A DNA stretch of 63,724 bases, counting the filler, from Platydemus manokwari (Eukaryota): the NCBI GenBank assembly GCA_037951405.1. It is 5 parts of 5 records of this genome, joined end to end, with 100 filler letters (N's around TTAATTAATTAA, not from the genome) between each part and the next. Parts side by side here need not be neighbours in the genome. Positions count along the whole stretch, not along the records: positions 15,608 to 24,537 come from JBBMOY011327761.1; positions 24,638 to 35,966 come from JBBMOY010758870.1; 3 more parts are not named here. One strand, given 5' to 3'. The notes under the pieces were generated by a model. It did not search any database. It had not been told where the DNA came from and saw nothing but the letters and a program-made list of their open reading frames with translations. Position 1 is the stretch's first letter; each line of letters starts with the position of its first letter. This document shows positions 21,446-34,900 of the stretch, one piece after another. A program made the position numbers and the translations under genes.

Positions 21446-21731
21446 TTATTTAAGGTTAATGGTTTTCTGGTATTCAGAGGAAAGTGATCCGTTTTTTGCC
21501 ATTTGCATTTCTATTTCACGATTTATAAATTCTAAACACAAATCATATTTGATGGAATATTAAAATCAAATCACATTATTTTCTGCTCATAACATAAAAT
21601 TACTTACTTGAACTGGTGTAATATTTTTTCGCAAACGTACTATTGTTCACTCGACTGACAGGAATACGATTCATTGAATGGAACATTGACGGATCGCAAT
21701 TATCATTGTCTAATTGCATTCTGGAATTCGG
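21446..21731 (-). CDS. last two exons (21731-21608, 21531-21446) of a small unidentified gene
   Basis: cag acceptor, gtaagt donor, tttag acceptor; in-frame PNSRMQLDNDNCDPSMFHSMNRIPVSRVNNSTFAKKYYTSSKFINREIEMQMAKNGSLSSEYQKTINLK*. No recognisable domain. Confidence 0.45.
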
Positions 21732-22723
21732 CTGATAGAAAAATAGTTTATCACATTTAAAATACTTAATCAAATACAATCGATAAAAACAATTGGAAAA
21801 CCACCAATTGAAACCAACAGATTCAAACTTCTGTCTTCAACAATGGATTTTGTTGAATGAAACGACAGAAACCGATTAATTACCGAGTTGATATTTTTTT
21901 GTCGTGAAACGAAAAAATTGATATCATTCAGTGATAATTCAAGATAATTAATTCGGTTTTTTAATTGGTTTTTTTTTATCAAAAAACGGATAATCAATTT
22001 TTTGACTCATGTTACAGTCTAATTTCTTTTTGTTTAAACTAATGGTAGCTGTTTTAATCGACATTTTTCTTTCTTCATTTTTCTCCATAACAAAAACTAA
22101 ACACTCGAGGAGAAATATTTCGTGAAATTCTGTTTGAAGAAAATTGAATCTGTTTCATACGATGTTCGTTTTCTGTTGGTTTTCAGTTATTTCATAACGA
22201 ACTTGGTTGGAAATAATTTATCGGATTTTTGTAATTCATTTAAATTCTTGTTTAATAAACGATAATGAGTCCAATATAACGATAATTGTGGAGAGAATAT
22301 TTTCCTGTAATCCATCGATATTTTTTTTAATAGTCTCATTCTTAAAAGCTAAAACCGTGTATTGTTTTTAGTCGACAAAAAAATTCTTCTCGGTTATGAT
22401 TTGAGGGAAATGATCGAAATTATTAATTGAGCAGGCTTTTTAGAAAATTACTTTCATTTGATATTTGAAATTACTGTTTTACTGTAATTATCGGTGGTTT
22501 TATTTGATTGGGATTTTTATGGTTGATCTACTTGATTAAAGATATTTATTACTTATTTTTGTTGAATTATCGTGCTAAATATGGGTTTCAATAATAATTC
22601 GACTTGCATTTTATTTTGTTGACATAAATAACTCGATAATAATAAATAAAACAATAATAATAATATTAATAATAAAAAATAATAATTATAAAAATAAAAA
22701 TATTATTATTAATAATAATAAAA

Positions 22724-22896
22724 NNNNNNNNNNNNNNNNNNNNNNNNNNNNNNNNNNNNNNNNNNNNNNNNNNNNNNNNNNNNNNNNNNNNNNNNNNNNN
22801 NNNNNNNNNNNNNNNNNNNNNNNNNNNNNNNNNNNNNNNNNNNNNNNNNNNNNNNNNNNNNNNNNNNNNNNNNNNNNNNNNNNNNNNNNNNNNNNN
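22724..22896. other. sized assembly gap (173 N)
   Basis: N run next to an AAT-rich tract. Confidence 0.95.
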
Positions 22897-24477
22897 CACA
22901 AATATATTTGTATAACAATTAATAAACATTAACAATCATGTCATTATCATATTTGATAAAATATGGTATACTGAATAATATAGATTAAGATAGTCTATCA
23001 TAGCTAAATGTAGAGAGTTAAAAATTTTCATATTGACTGTGAAAGAATAGATTCACAAAATCTAGTTGAATGTTGAGTGTCAAAAACTGAAATAGCACCA
23101 ACCGAATATTTCAATGTTTTGACTTAATTTTATATTTTGTTATTGAATTCGAAATATAAATATACAAGCTACTTTAGATTTTATACCCAGAAATATTTCG
23201 CTCGTTGTATCAGAAAAAATCGAACATTTTAAAATTATTTTTAATAAGCTCTTATATATATAAGGGTCAATTATCCCATAAATATAATTGAGAGTCTCCT
23301 GTGCTTTCATCGCAAGAGACCTGTTTGTCAAGTGACGTACTGAGGATGGTTTCGTATGAGAACCATGAATACTTCCTATGCAAAATGATTGTGTACTTGA
23401 GTTTAGAGTTATTTAGTAGGATGTCTGGGATTATCCTGGGATTAATCTATTGAATACAAAAATAATATCCTATAGACTAATTATGATTGAGTTCATTGAA
23501 ATATGCATTCAAAAAACAAATAGTATTACTTGTTACGGTATTACTAAATGACATTTTCATTTTTCTTGTAAAGAGAGCGGTAATTTAAATACGATTATTA
23601 ATTGTTTTTCTTTTACTAAGATGAGTGTTGTAGTTGTGAAATTGGCCTGAATTTCATGAAGTAATATAGAAATTTTTTATCGATTTTCTGTTGTTGATCT
23701 TCAGTAATAATGAGCGTTTTAATGATAAATTTGTTTTTAGTAGAGTAACGGCTATTTATTTTTTATTATTCTTTACATTATTGTCTTTTATTATTTCTAA
23801 TTTTGTGTTTAACTTATTCTTTTATTTTTTTATGTTACTATTTTTAGTATATCTAATTCCATTTTTTCATTTTAATATTTTAATTTTTATTTTTCGAAAA
23901 TGTTCATAAATTTATAATTGGTTATTACTAACTCTGTCCACGGTAGGTTTCTGATATCCAGAAATTCCCGATCAAAACTTCCAACTCATATTATTGAAAA
24001 TCTATCTTTTTTTATGTGATCATTGAAGAATCATATAAACAATTTAATAATAATAATGACCATAATAAGAGTGACGATGATAGAAATCTGAATTCATTCA
24101 ACCAAAGAGTAAACAATATCGTTTGCAGTTAAAATAAACACAAACTACCGGTTTAGGCGGATAATATAATTAAATAAACAACAATTGTTATAAATGGGCT
24201 TAATAAATATCAAATTATGAAAATATTTAATCCGCTGGTCACCCAATAAAATGAAATTTACAACTACATTATCGAAATATTATCATTAAAATTGATTATC
24301 ACAAATAAGATATAACTTATGATAAATCAATTTTTACAGTGATGGTTTGTTTGCAAATTTAGGGCTAAAATGTGGAATTGAAAACGAGTCACATTGTAGT
24401 CATAGCATCAGATATGAAAGTCTAGTAAAATATATGAACAGATAATCTTTTGTGAAATTATACAATAATACTAGTAC

Positions 24478-24502
24478 TAATAATAATGAATATATTAATA
24501 AC

Positions 24503-24532
<30 letters not shown>
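24478..24532 (+). repeat. (AAT)n microsatellite at segment end
   Basis: Imperfect taa/aat run directly before the linker. Confidence 0.8.
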
Positions 24533-24533
<1 letters not shown>

Positions 24534-24537
24534 GTAA

Positions 24538-24637
24538 NNNNNNNNNNNNNNNNNNNNNNNNNNNNNNNNNNNNNNNNNNNNTTAATTAATTAANNNNNNN
24601 NNNNNNNNNNNNNNNNNNNNNNNNNNNNNNNNNNNNN
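24538..24637. other. artificial contig-joining linker
   Basis: 44 N + TTAATTAATTAA + 44 N. Confidence 0.95.
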
Positions 24638-24860
24638 TGACGAACGTATCATCTAATTGATCTTTTTCTAATATATAGTTATAATTAAACAGGTTAAAAA
24701 AGATCTTCAAGAATCTCATAAATGATATTTTCTCTCATAAAGTTTTAAAAAAATTCTTATAATTGAAGCTACTTTAAAATTATCAACATATAATTTTATT
24801 AATACTTTAATTAATATCTGTCAAGTTCATTATACTTTATTCATTAAGCTATTTTATAAA
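24638..24860 (+). repeat. diverged duplicate of the GPCR upstream region 31641-31855
   Basis: Collinear matches, core attgaagctactttaaaattatca(a/g)catataatttta nearly identical in both copies. Confidence 0.75.
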
Positions 24861-27800
24861 TTTCCGAGTTTCTTTATTGGTTTTAGAATTATTGTTTGGC
24901 ATTTGTCGATTGTCGATGCGAATTCGTTACCTGATAAGAGACATTAAATAATTATAAAATTGGGGTTTATGTTCTGGTTAATGTAATTCTGATTATTTTC
25001 TGTTGCATTTCTTCTTTGTTCCTGTTATCAATTTTCATTGATATTATTGTTGTAATAAAATCGCAGTACATAAAATCGTAGTACTTGAACAATTAATGCA
25101 ATCCTTGTTGATTGTTTTGAATGCATTAACTATTATTAAATTATTTACTTGTCTCTCAATGATCCGATTCTATATACACCAACCACATATGATTGAAGTA
25201 TATTGATACTCGTTATAAATCATAGTTTGAACGTTCAAGAATTTCTTCTACGATTGCTTTAGATATAAAATTCAATATCTTTATGGTTTCGTCTCAGAAA
25301 AGAATATAAATAAGTAAATTATTGATGATTGTTATATCAATGTGATGGAAGCATTGGTTTCTGTCAAATGGAAAGAAATGAATTTATTTCCAAATTTGGT
25401 GACGATTTTTAGACTTGTAAAGACTTGATAAGGTATTGATAATAAATATAATAATAGCTTGATTGCTTGAAATTTATTAGGATCACTAATTGCTTGCCAT
25501 TGGCATAAATTGTTCTTTTCTTTGTATCTTGCATGCATTCACACCTGACTGGTTTTAATCTGAGCCAGAACATATCAGAAAAATTTGTAACTTTATCCAT
25601 TAGAGATAGAATTCTGTGACATCACTTAGCTCTCTTGGATGAGTCATCGGTGCAGACTAACATAATTATTGTACTGCGAGGCTCGAGGGTATTCATTTTA
25701 TATAACATTATATTAACTATAAAAATGAAAAGACAGAGACCAGTATTTTGAAATTTTATTGACATGGATATGCTTGATCTTAAAAACTCAAATTGATATT
25801 TGTTGACAAATTACAGAAACGAATACTTCTTCTACGTGCATAAATATCGATTTCCAGCTGTTCATAAATATATTCATGAAGAATTTGTTACATTATCATG
25901 TTCGCCATTTTCTTATGAAGATATAAAGTTGATATTTTATAAATACAATCTAGGAGTGGAATCAGTGTAAAGTAAAATATCAAAGAACTTCTAGAAAATA
26001 TTTAAGTGAGTCGGGGAAATCTTGATAAGGAACAGTTACTTTTAATAATGGTGTCAGTTATATTGGTTATGATTGTTCATTAATTCATGAGAAATAAGAT
26101 TTGTTAATCATTTTTTGATTTGTATGCATCGATTATGATATATTATATTGGTATTATTGGATAAATCACACCATTCTATATAATATATTGAGAAGTATCC
26201 AACATATATTTATATACATATATATAACATGCTATTTATCAGAAAGAAAAATTAATAATGAAAAATTGATAATAATATATCCCATTTGACATAATAATAT
26301 TACATTATTTTTATGGATATTGCTGTTTACAAATGTCATTACTGTTACTGTAAAAAGTCGTGATAATCTATATTGAATAATAAAATCGAATAATCCATTC
26401 ATTCACAATGGAAGCTGGAAATGATATTTGTTTTCAATGATAAATTAACTATTAAATCATATTTTAATGGCACATGAACGATTGATTGATTATTGACTAT
26501 AAATGCAACCACGAAATTTATGAAAATGTTACTTACTTAATAATGAATACAAAAAAGGATTTTTAAAAAAATATTGACACACAAATTATTATTTACAACG
26601 GTGAGCTGTTTTAACAATACACTTATAGGATTTATATAACTGGCTTGATGTATTGGCGATTTGGATTATATGACTAGAAGAGTCCATTAAATTTATAATT
26701 TAAAGATGGTATGACTCACAAATATGATATACCGATGTTTTTGAGTCTACCTGAACCTGTTCTGTGACAGCAACATGTTGTACATTAACTAACAGCTTCC
26801 AAACACACTAGACAACATAATAACACATTATCTAATAAAAAACGAATGAAAATATTCTAAGCTATTCTGATATGAATAAAGCAATACTTTTATGTTAGAA
26901 GTGACGGAATAAGAAAGTTTATTATATTTTTATCATGAACTAAATGCGTTTATAATAGTTTGATAGTGAATTTAAATTTATTTTCCGCTAATGAGAGTCT
27001 AAAATATTTACTATGTTTTCCTTAACTGTTTCCTTTCAAGGCTAATATTTTTCGCCATAATATAATGGTAATATTTCATAAATTAATAATAATTGGATTA
27101 TATATTAATTTTAAGTAAACAATAAAAGATTGATAAATTCATAAATTGTATTGCGCTTTTGAAATATTTGTAATTGTTTTAAAACGGTGGATCTCAAAAT
27201 ATTATTCACACTGGATTAGAATGATCACGATTCATCGAAATTAATCAATTTATTAAAATATCAATTTTTTAATGTCAATGCATCATTAAATATTTGTATC
27301 TCAATTGTCATAGATATTAAATAAATGATTCAACGAATAAAATGTTTAGATCTGTTTAGTTTTAAAGTTCATATGAAAGTTAGAGATCAGAATTTCATGA
27401 ATTATGTTTGAGTTTGTTTCCCAATCTGTACGATACCCAGCAATTTACTGATTAGCATAAAATTATTTAAAATAATTTTATTCAAGTTCAATAAATAACA
27501 AAGGAATTTGAAAAAATTCCTATTTCAGAATATCGAACAATAAGATATTGTTTCGTCAATTGGTGCAGATACTATATTTCTCCAATAAACATTTGAGGGT
27601 TAATTTATAAGTAACCCGCTGGGATTTTGTCATAAAAATAACCATTATTGAATACTATAGATTATAATAATAAATTAAATACATAATGAGACTGGGATAA
27701 TTTAATCCATATTGTCAACCTTTAAAATATATTAAAAATATTCTATTTTATAATAATGGAATTGACAAGAACCTCTCATTATAGAGTTGGTGTTCATGGT

Positions 27801-28775
27801 AAATGTATTGCTTAAAATTATATCAAGAATTGGGATTGTGATATCAAAATCAATTTGTGATTCTTGTCCAGACATTTCAAAAAATATTTTTGAAAAAATC
27901 ATTTAATTACATTTTTGAGTATTGTGTTTCACTTGGATATAGTGTTCCTGTTGAAATTGAGGTTTCATATTTGTCAAGTAAATGAATAATAAAATAATCA
28001 AGAATAAATTTTAACTATACAACACAATTTCTTGTCAAGACTATCGTTTGAAATTTAATGATAAATGGACAGTAAATTTTAACATTAAATATGAAATTAA
28101 AATATTTAAATAAGTAGGATATCAGTAGCAGATCGCAAGGGGGCTTTGGTGGGGTTATTTTTTAAGTTTTAAGTGATTATTTTGATAATAAATTTTATTA
28201 TTTAGTGACTATATTGATATTTTTTATAGACTGTTTGTGACTATAATCACACGTAAATCTAAAGTTTAGAGAATTCAATAAGTTAAAGAAAATAATAAAT
28301 TAGCTTCGTCCTTGTTATTTGCTCCTTAAAATATGATAGAGTTTCATTTAATATAAAACTAAGATCAAATATTAAATAGACTGCAGTAAAATAAGAAATT
28401 ATATTATATTAAATTAACTTAAGTTTTTATATTTTTGTTACGTTTTGGAGTCACTTTCTTTTCACCCTTTATTATTATTCTTTTTGATTAATCGAAATCT
28501 ACATCTTATCATTGCTCTGAGTCCGCACTGGCCCTCAGGTAGTAATATGACCTTATGAGTTTTGATATTTATTCGCCTCGACGATCGCAACTTATATGGA
28601 GATAAGCGAATCGGTGTAGAAATCAATTTTATTTTGGTGATTGCCTCTATTATTGTTCTATTTATGGTATTGATTTTTGATGTTATTGATTTCTTGTATC
28701 AGTCTCACTTAAAAATGCACTAGAATAACTTTAAAAGGGGATGAATGATAGTGAATTATATATATTATGAAATTA

Positions 28776-29606
28776 TGATGTCCTAGGCCTACTGGTAAAT
28801 TTAAAACCAACTCAATGTTTGTATTACAATGATGTATTATTAATTACAATTATACACCAATTATTACTTCTATACAATTATGAGGTTAAAGATTACTACT
28901 TATATACAATTATTAACAGTAAAAATTACTACGATATACAATTATTTTATACAACTACTTTTATACACATAAACGACAGGATTTATATACAATTAAGGGA
29001 AACAGATGTTGGAGCAACGGTTACCCTTTTTGGGTCAGTGCTATTGGGTCAGTGTCCGTTTCTTCAGAGTTTTTTCCGCACTCGGCTCGATAGATAGGAA
29101 GAATATGCGTTACATATAATTGAATATGTGATTTTAAATGTATTATCTTACTGTTTGTTCTTCCAGTAGAAAATACTGGGTATATCCTAATCCCCGTCCT
29201 GGCAATGAATGGTCGATGTTACGTTCGGGTTCTTGTAAAAATCTGCCAATCGTGTTCTGGTGTTCTCGTATTGCATATTGTGCTCTTTAATGATTACGGT
29301 TACTATCTTATATGGCAGCGGTGCACATATGTTTAATGCACTATGATTTATCGTGGCAAAGAGAAATTCTCTACGAATTTAATGCATGGCTATTATTTTA
29401 TTTAATGAATGAATATTATTTTATTACAGCTGGATATTTTATTCGCAGTGCGCGATAATTTATTGCGCTAGATTATTTCATGGATAATTCACTATGTGTT
29501 TTGTTTTAATCAGTGAATTTATTATAAGGTAGTTTTAATGTGTTTAATTTTATTATATCAATGCCGGGTTTCTTATTAATTATAGGGATTATAAATTGGG
29601 ACATCA
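28776..29606. mobile_element. solo LTR (831 bp), probably Ty3/gypsy type
   Basis: Perfect 8-bp inverted termini TGATGTCC...GGACATCA and 4-bp TSD ATTA on both sides. Confidence 0.75.
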
Positions 29607-29999
29607 ATTATATATTATATTATATATTATTGTATATTACTATATATAATATTTCCGTCAGTCACAAAATTCCCCTGAATTTTCATAAAAATGTTTTCCA
29701 TGCAATAATAAAAATTATGCATTAATGCTTGCAATTAATGTTAAAAAATTGTCATAGGCTCTAAAACCCAACATTTTTATTAAGCTCATTTTAAGTATGT
29801 ATTGTTTAGTTTATAAATTTTATTCATAATATCTTAATATAATTTTCCAACTTAAACATCTAATAATATCAAATCAATTTTGTCGTACCTAGAGATCAGG
29901 TTAATAAGCTATTTTTTATCAAAAATAAATATCGCGCATTACTAACAGTTATTTGTTTAAACACGGTGTCAATCAGGAAGAAACCTATAAAATTCATGG

Positions 30000-30080
30000 A
30001 TCATACAAACAAACGTGATGTGAGGGATTCTCTCCTCGCCTCGAAGAAGATCATATTTGTGCTTTAATAAATATTAGATT
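30000..30080 (+). repeat. short dispersed repeat, related copy at ~41281-41370
   Basis: Shared atacaaacaaac..tgtgagggatt..tcg..agat..taataaatat(t)aga. Confidence 0.55.
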
Positions 30081-30478
30081 TTCCAAGTCAGAAATTATTC
30101 ATGGATAAACCAATGTTAACTTCGATCAAATTACTGAAAATTTGTTGCCGTCATGTTTAGAAAATAACAAGAATATGAAATTTAGAACCAATTGGTTCTT
30201 CAAATAATACATTTCATGGCATAGTATACAAATCAGTGGATAGTTTTAAATCATTACTAGGATGAAAAATAAATTTCCATCAATATTCATAACAATATTT
30301 ATTGACAATTCATAGAAAATCGTTTATTTTTATTACATTTTCATAATTTTATAAAGTAAACAAAGCTACTTTGTTACAATAATAGTGATGTGATTTCAAT
30401 TTGATGGATGAGCAATGTATTTAAAGTTGTCAGAGCAACAATTGTGGCTTTTTAATAGTGTTGATTATTTCATTAATT

Positions 30479-31438
30479 TTACAACTTTTGAAATACTTCG
30501 GATGTTATCGATTTAATTATATAAATCCCGAAATTGCGAAAATTTGGAAAAATTATTAAATATGCAATTGGATTGATAGCAGTCAGGCATCCAGCTGCGA
30601 AATCATTATAATAAAAGTAACAATTTACTATGTGTGATGCTAAAAGATCCAAAGAAAACATTGAAAATAATAATGAATTGAAGAACAGAATGATGGCATA
30701 AGTTGAATTGGAAACAATGTTGGCTAAGGTGAATCGGGTTAACATTTTCTTTCGACTGTGATTGATGTTTTGGTTATTAATATTAGCTTTGCTTTTTGTG
30801 CTCAGATATAGGAAATAACCAGAGACACAATTTAAAATTACGACAATGATCAATGGGCCAATGTTACTAAATAAAATATACATTTTCGTGAAAATTATTG
30901 ATTTCTTAAATTCACAAGAATAATTATTTTGATTTATTTCACTTGAAATATTTGAGTATCTTGTGGTAATCGTAATAAAGAATAGATTTCCAGATTCTAA
31001 GGTGCATATAATCAAAATCGCTGAAATTAAGTAGAAATATACTTCGAACGATTTTCTATGTTTGTAATACATAGGAAACACAATGCATATCGATCGATCG
31101 ATTGTCAATGAAACCATCAAATAAATACTTATGTTTATCAGAATCCAATAAATAAATTTTCCTTGTAAAATATAGCAATAAAATTGAACATAAATCGAAT
31201 TTTTCGAAAGAAAATAAGTCTGTTCCTGTAACGGTTCAGTACACAATACTAGAAGAGCAGCTATATCCAATATGGTTTCAAATTTTATGAGAATTGTTGC
31301 CGTTCTTGAGGCAATTTTGTGTTTAAAAATGAATATCAACAGCATTATATTCAATAAAAGAAAAACAGAAATAAAAATATATCGAACAGTTACGAATCCA
31401 ATAGAATCACCAAGATTTGCATCGATTTTAAAAATCAT
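30479..31438 (-). CDS. intronless orphan rhodopsin-like (class A) GPCR, 319 aa
   Basis: Seven hydrophobic segments, Cys at top of TM3 (FYCY) and in ECL2 (YSCEF), LTIDRSICIVFP (DRY variant), INPIAY (NPxxY), helix 8 FRNF. Confidence 0.88.
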   Translation of the reverse strand: MIFKIDANLGDSIGFVTVRYIFISVFLLLNIMLLIFIFKHKIASRTATILIKFETILDIAALLVLCTEPLQEQTYFLSKNSIYVQFYCYILQGKFIYWILINISIYLMVSLTIDRSICIVFPMYYKHRKSFEVYFYLISAILIICTLESGNLFFITITTRYSNISSEINQNNYSCEFKKSIIFTKMYILFSNIGPLIIVVILNCVSGYFLYLSTKSKANINNQNINHSRKKMLTRFTLANIVSNSTYAIILFFNSLLFSMFSLDLLASHIVNCYFYYNDFAAGCLTAINPIAYLIIFPNFRNFGIYIIKSITSEVFQKL

Positions 31439-31918
31439 AGCTATAAGATATATAAAATAACTTTACTTTTTTTTTATAATAATCAATAAAATATTTAATT
31501 TGTTCTTCAGAATATCCAATCAATTTCTTTACATATAAAAATCATGTATTGATTTTAATTAATATTGATTTATAAGAAAATGGATTAAAATTGGTTTTAT
31601 CAATATAATTATATTTAAATAGGAGTTTAAACTGAAATATAATGAACGTCTAATATCATTGATCATTTTCTGAAAGGTATTTACAGTTAAATACTTTACG
31701 AAAATGAGATTACTATCTTGTAAGTGATATTTCATTTCAAAAAATAACATATTATTGAAGCTACTTTAAAATTATCAGCATATAATTTTAACAAAGTTTT
31801 TAAGTACTATCTGTCAAACTCGAAGAGCATTATTCATCCAGCTATTAATAGATATTAAATAAAAGGAAACATGGTATTTTATTTTTATCTGTTTAATCTA
31901 TTGTTTATTATAGAAACC

Positions 31919-34900
31919 TGTGAACGCTTCGCGAATATTATTCCATTAATATTGCGATAAATATGTTTCATTTGCGCGTATTTGTTTAAATCCGAATATA
32001 TTTGTAGATACATTTGAATCAATAAATATTATTTTTCAATTATACATGGCGTCACGAACAGACCTAAAAATAACGCGATTAATTTTAATGTTACCAGCAT
32101 TTTTAATGGTGAAGATGTGGGAAAATTATTTTCACCAATTGACGGATATATCGAGGCAGTGTCAATTCCTGAAAATTTGACAAGCAAGTTTTAATTAAAT
32201 ATTATTGATTGGTGCAAATACTGAGATAAATTTGAGTTACACAAGTTATTTATCTTCAAATAAGAAAATTTTTGTCGTTATGTCCAAGAAGAGAAAATCG
32301 GTAATTACACCATGCATGGTAGTCAAGACACTTTATCAACGACCGTCATAGTACATCAATGCTTTTTCAAGAAGAACTAGAAGTAATATGCAAAATAATA
32401 GAGGTTTCCATGAAGATTTTTACAAAGTGTGAGTTATAAATTCGAGCTGAAGAAATTGAACCTCAAGAAATTAGATGAAGTCGTCTGACTTATGAACTAA
32501 GAAACCGATGTCTCGAAGTCAGAATTCGAAGATCGGAATATGCACCGAAACTTGAAACATATACAATCAAATGAAAAGAACATCATCGGAAGACTGAAGG
32601 CCCAAGCAATACATTGCTAAATTGAAAGAGTGCCGAAACTATTGGAGAAACTATTGGAAAAACTATTGCAAGAGAAATCAATAAAGGAAGTAGTTTTTTT
32701 CAATTGAAAACAAAAAGGACTTTTTGCTTGTTTTACTGTGACCATTGAATGCTTTCAATGTGGTGGTCATCATCTGCAAAGATTCGGTCTAAAAGATCCG
32801 AAGGATATCAGATATTTAAATACTGATAAAAGAAACATTACATCAGAAGAGAACAATGTCTCAAAGTTAGATACACATTCTGAGAAAGATTGTAATATGT
32901 GGATATGGGTGATTGGAAACAAGTTAGATCATGAAATCATTTCAAATCGATCGAGGTCAATAATTGACAGTTCCTGAATGGCAAGGAGCTAAACCAAGCA
33001 AAATGTTTACGTAAGCAGATACGGATATAACGAACCGATGACCAATAAAGGCAAAAAAATTAACCAATAATCGACTGTGTGATTGAAAACGAGAAATTGA
33101 AGATATTCTTTGACTTGGTTTCCGAACTTAATGTGATAAGCTATAAACTAAAGAAAAATGTTAATTTAATCAAAATGAGGAGATCTCCTAATATGTGCAA
33201 ATGAATCAATAATAAAACCTTCAGGACAGGTTTTTTAAGAGTTTTAATTAGCGCAGATCGATTATTTCAATATTTTGATGTAGTGCTAGAATTTGTCCTA
33301 AAATGTTTTATTGGTATACGTTATTTGAAAAAGGATGGAATTTCTGTCGTAGAGAGTAAGAATTGTAACAACCATTGGTTACTAAAAGATAAATAAAAAA
33401 TTTTAAACTGCTAGGTATTAAATTCGAAGCTCGGAATGCAACCAAAGTAGAGGCGGAGATCCAAAATAATAAACGATAATATTAGCCAATGATATGTCAT
33501 TATGAAAATGATTACTTTTTAAAGGCATGGTTGTTGACGGAAATAAAAGAAAAGTGAATAGTTTTTGGCGTATTCTTAATGACATATAAGAGAAACATAG
33601 TGAAGGGAGGTTTGATAATACCTGCTTATGGATGAAAGCAAATTACGGGTATGTTTTGGTAAGGTTGAGGCAAATTGAGAATAGTTTCAGATTCAAGAAG
33701 ATTTATACTGAAATGAATTTAGTTTGTGTAAATGATATAAATAAAATTAACAAGGACGCTATTGGCAATTTAGTTGGGAAGTGACGCTTGAGGAAGAAGC
33801 AAAAGTAAAAACATTATTCAGCACTGATAGTTTCAGTTTAATCGAATGTCCTTTGGATTATGCTCAGTATCTTCAAATTTTGAAAAGCTTATGAATGTTT
33901 TATTGAAGACTGAAAATTGAAAAAACTACGCAATTAATCGCGATGATATTCTGATATTTGGAAAAACAATCAATGATCACAACGAGACATTGGAAAGAGT
34001 TGTAAATCGAATCGCTGTGGCTAGGCTGAAAATGACTACAAAGAAGTGTTTTTTTCTTAAAAAACTATTATGTATTCAGGACATAAGATTGAGGAAACCG
34101 GTATACGAATAGATGATAAGAATCTTGAGCAAATAAAGAATTGATGGAAACCTCAATTTTTAAAGGAACTACAGCAATTCCTTTCATTGTAGATGGTTTG
34201 CTAGTATTACCAATTCCTGAAAAAAGATACTAAATTTGAGTGGAACAATTTAGCGACTGCATCTTTTCACAAATTAAAGACGTCATTAATTTCGCCTCCA
34301 GTTCTTAGTTTCTTTGGATACTAATACATCTTTCTGTGGTATGGCAGCATAGCTTACTCAAATACACAACGGTGGAGAGCGAGTGATAGCTTACGCATCA
34401 AGAATACTGAACAAAGCGTAGAGTAAATTATGAAACTAGAAAAGACTTGCTAGCCATTTTTATTTTATTAAAAGATTTAAACATTAGCTTTATGATAAGA
34501 AATTTATGGCTAGAACTGATTACATAGCTTTGCAATGGTTACTGAATTTGTACTCTTCAAATACTTCACAATGTTGCATATAGAAAGCAGAGCTAGAAAT
34601 ATTTGAAATGTAAATAGAATATGACAAAAGGAAAGAACACATCTAATTATTTGTGATATCATGGTTTCTTCAGTGTGAACAACACTATATAAAACACCAA
34701 AAACCACAAGAAAGATGTAAAACAAAGGTTGACTAATAAAATGCGAAGTATCTGATAACTAAGATGAGGAGGATTTGTACCGAAAAGAACATAGCAAGTT
34801 TTTAAATCGAAATAAAGATGAAGATCTAAAAATAGTGATAAATGCAATTCACAGCAAAAGTCAATAGTTTTATCAAAACTCCACGTTATGAGAATATGTG

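Noticed and set aside
22666-22935. ORFs containing X runs (also 43434-43688, 35814-36014)
   Set aside because: Artefacts of N gaps.
23340-23372. Hammerhead-like ctgagga-stem-gaa (also ctcgacga..gcgaat near 28577)
   Set aside because: GAAA core and stems I and III are not intact; cannot support a ribozyme.
24900-28000. Coding-like decayed sequence (membrane-protein or cadherin-like guesses)
   Set aside because: Stops in all frames examined and no convincing motif.
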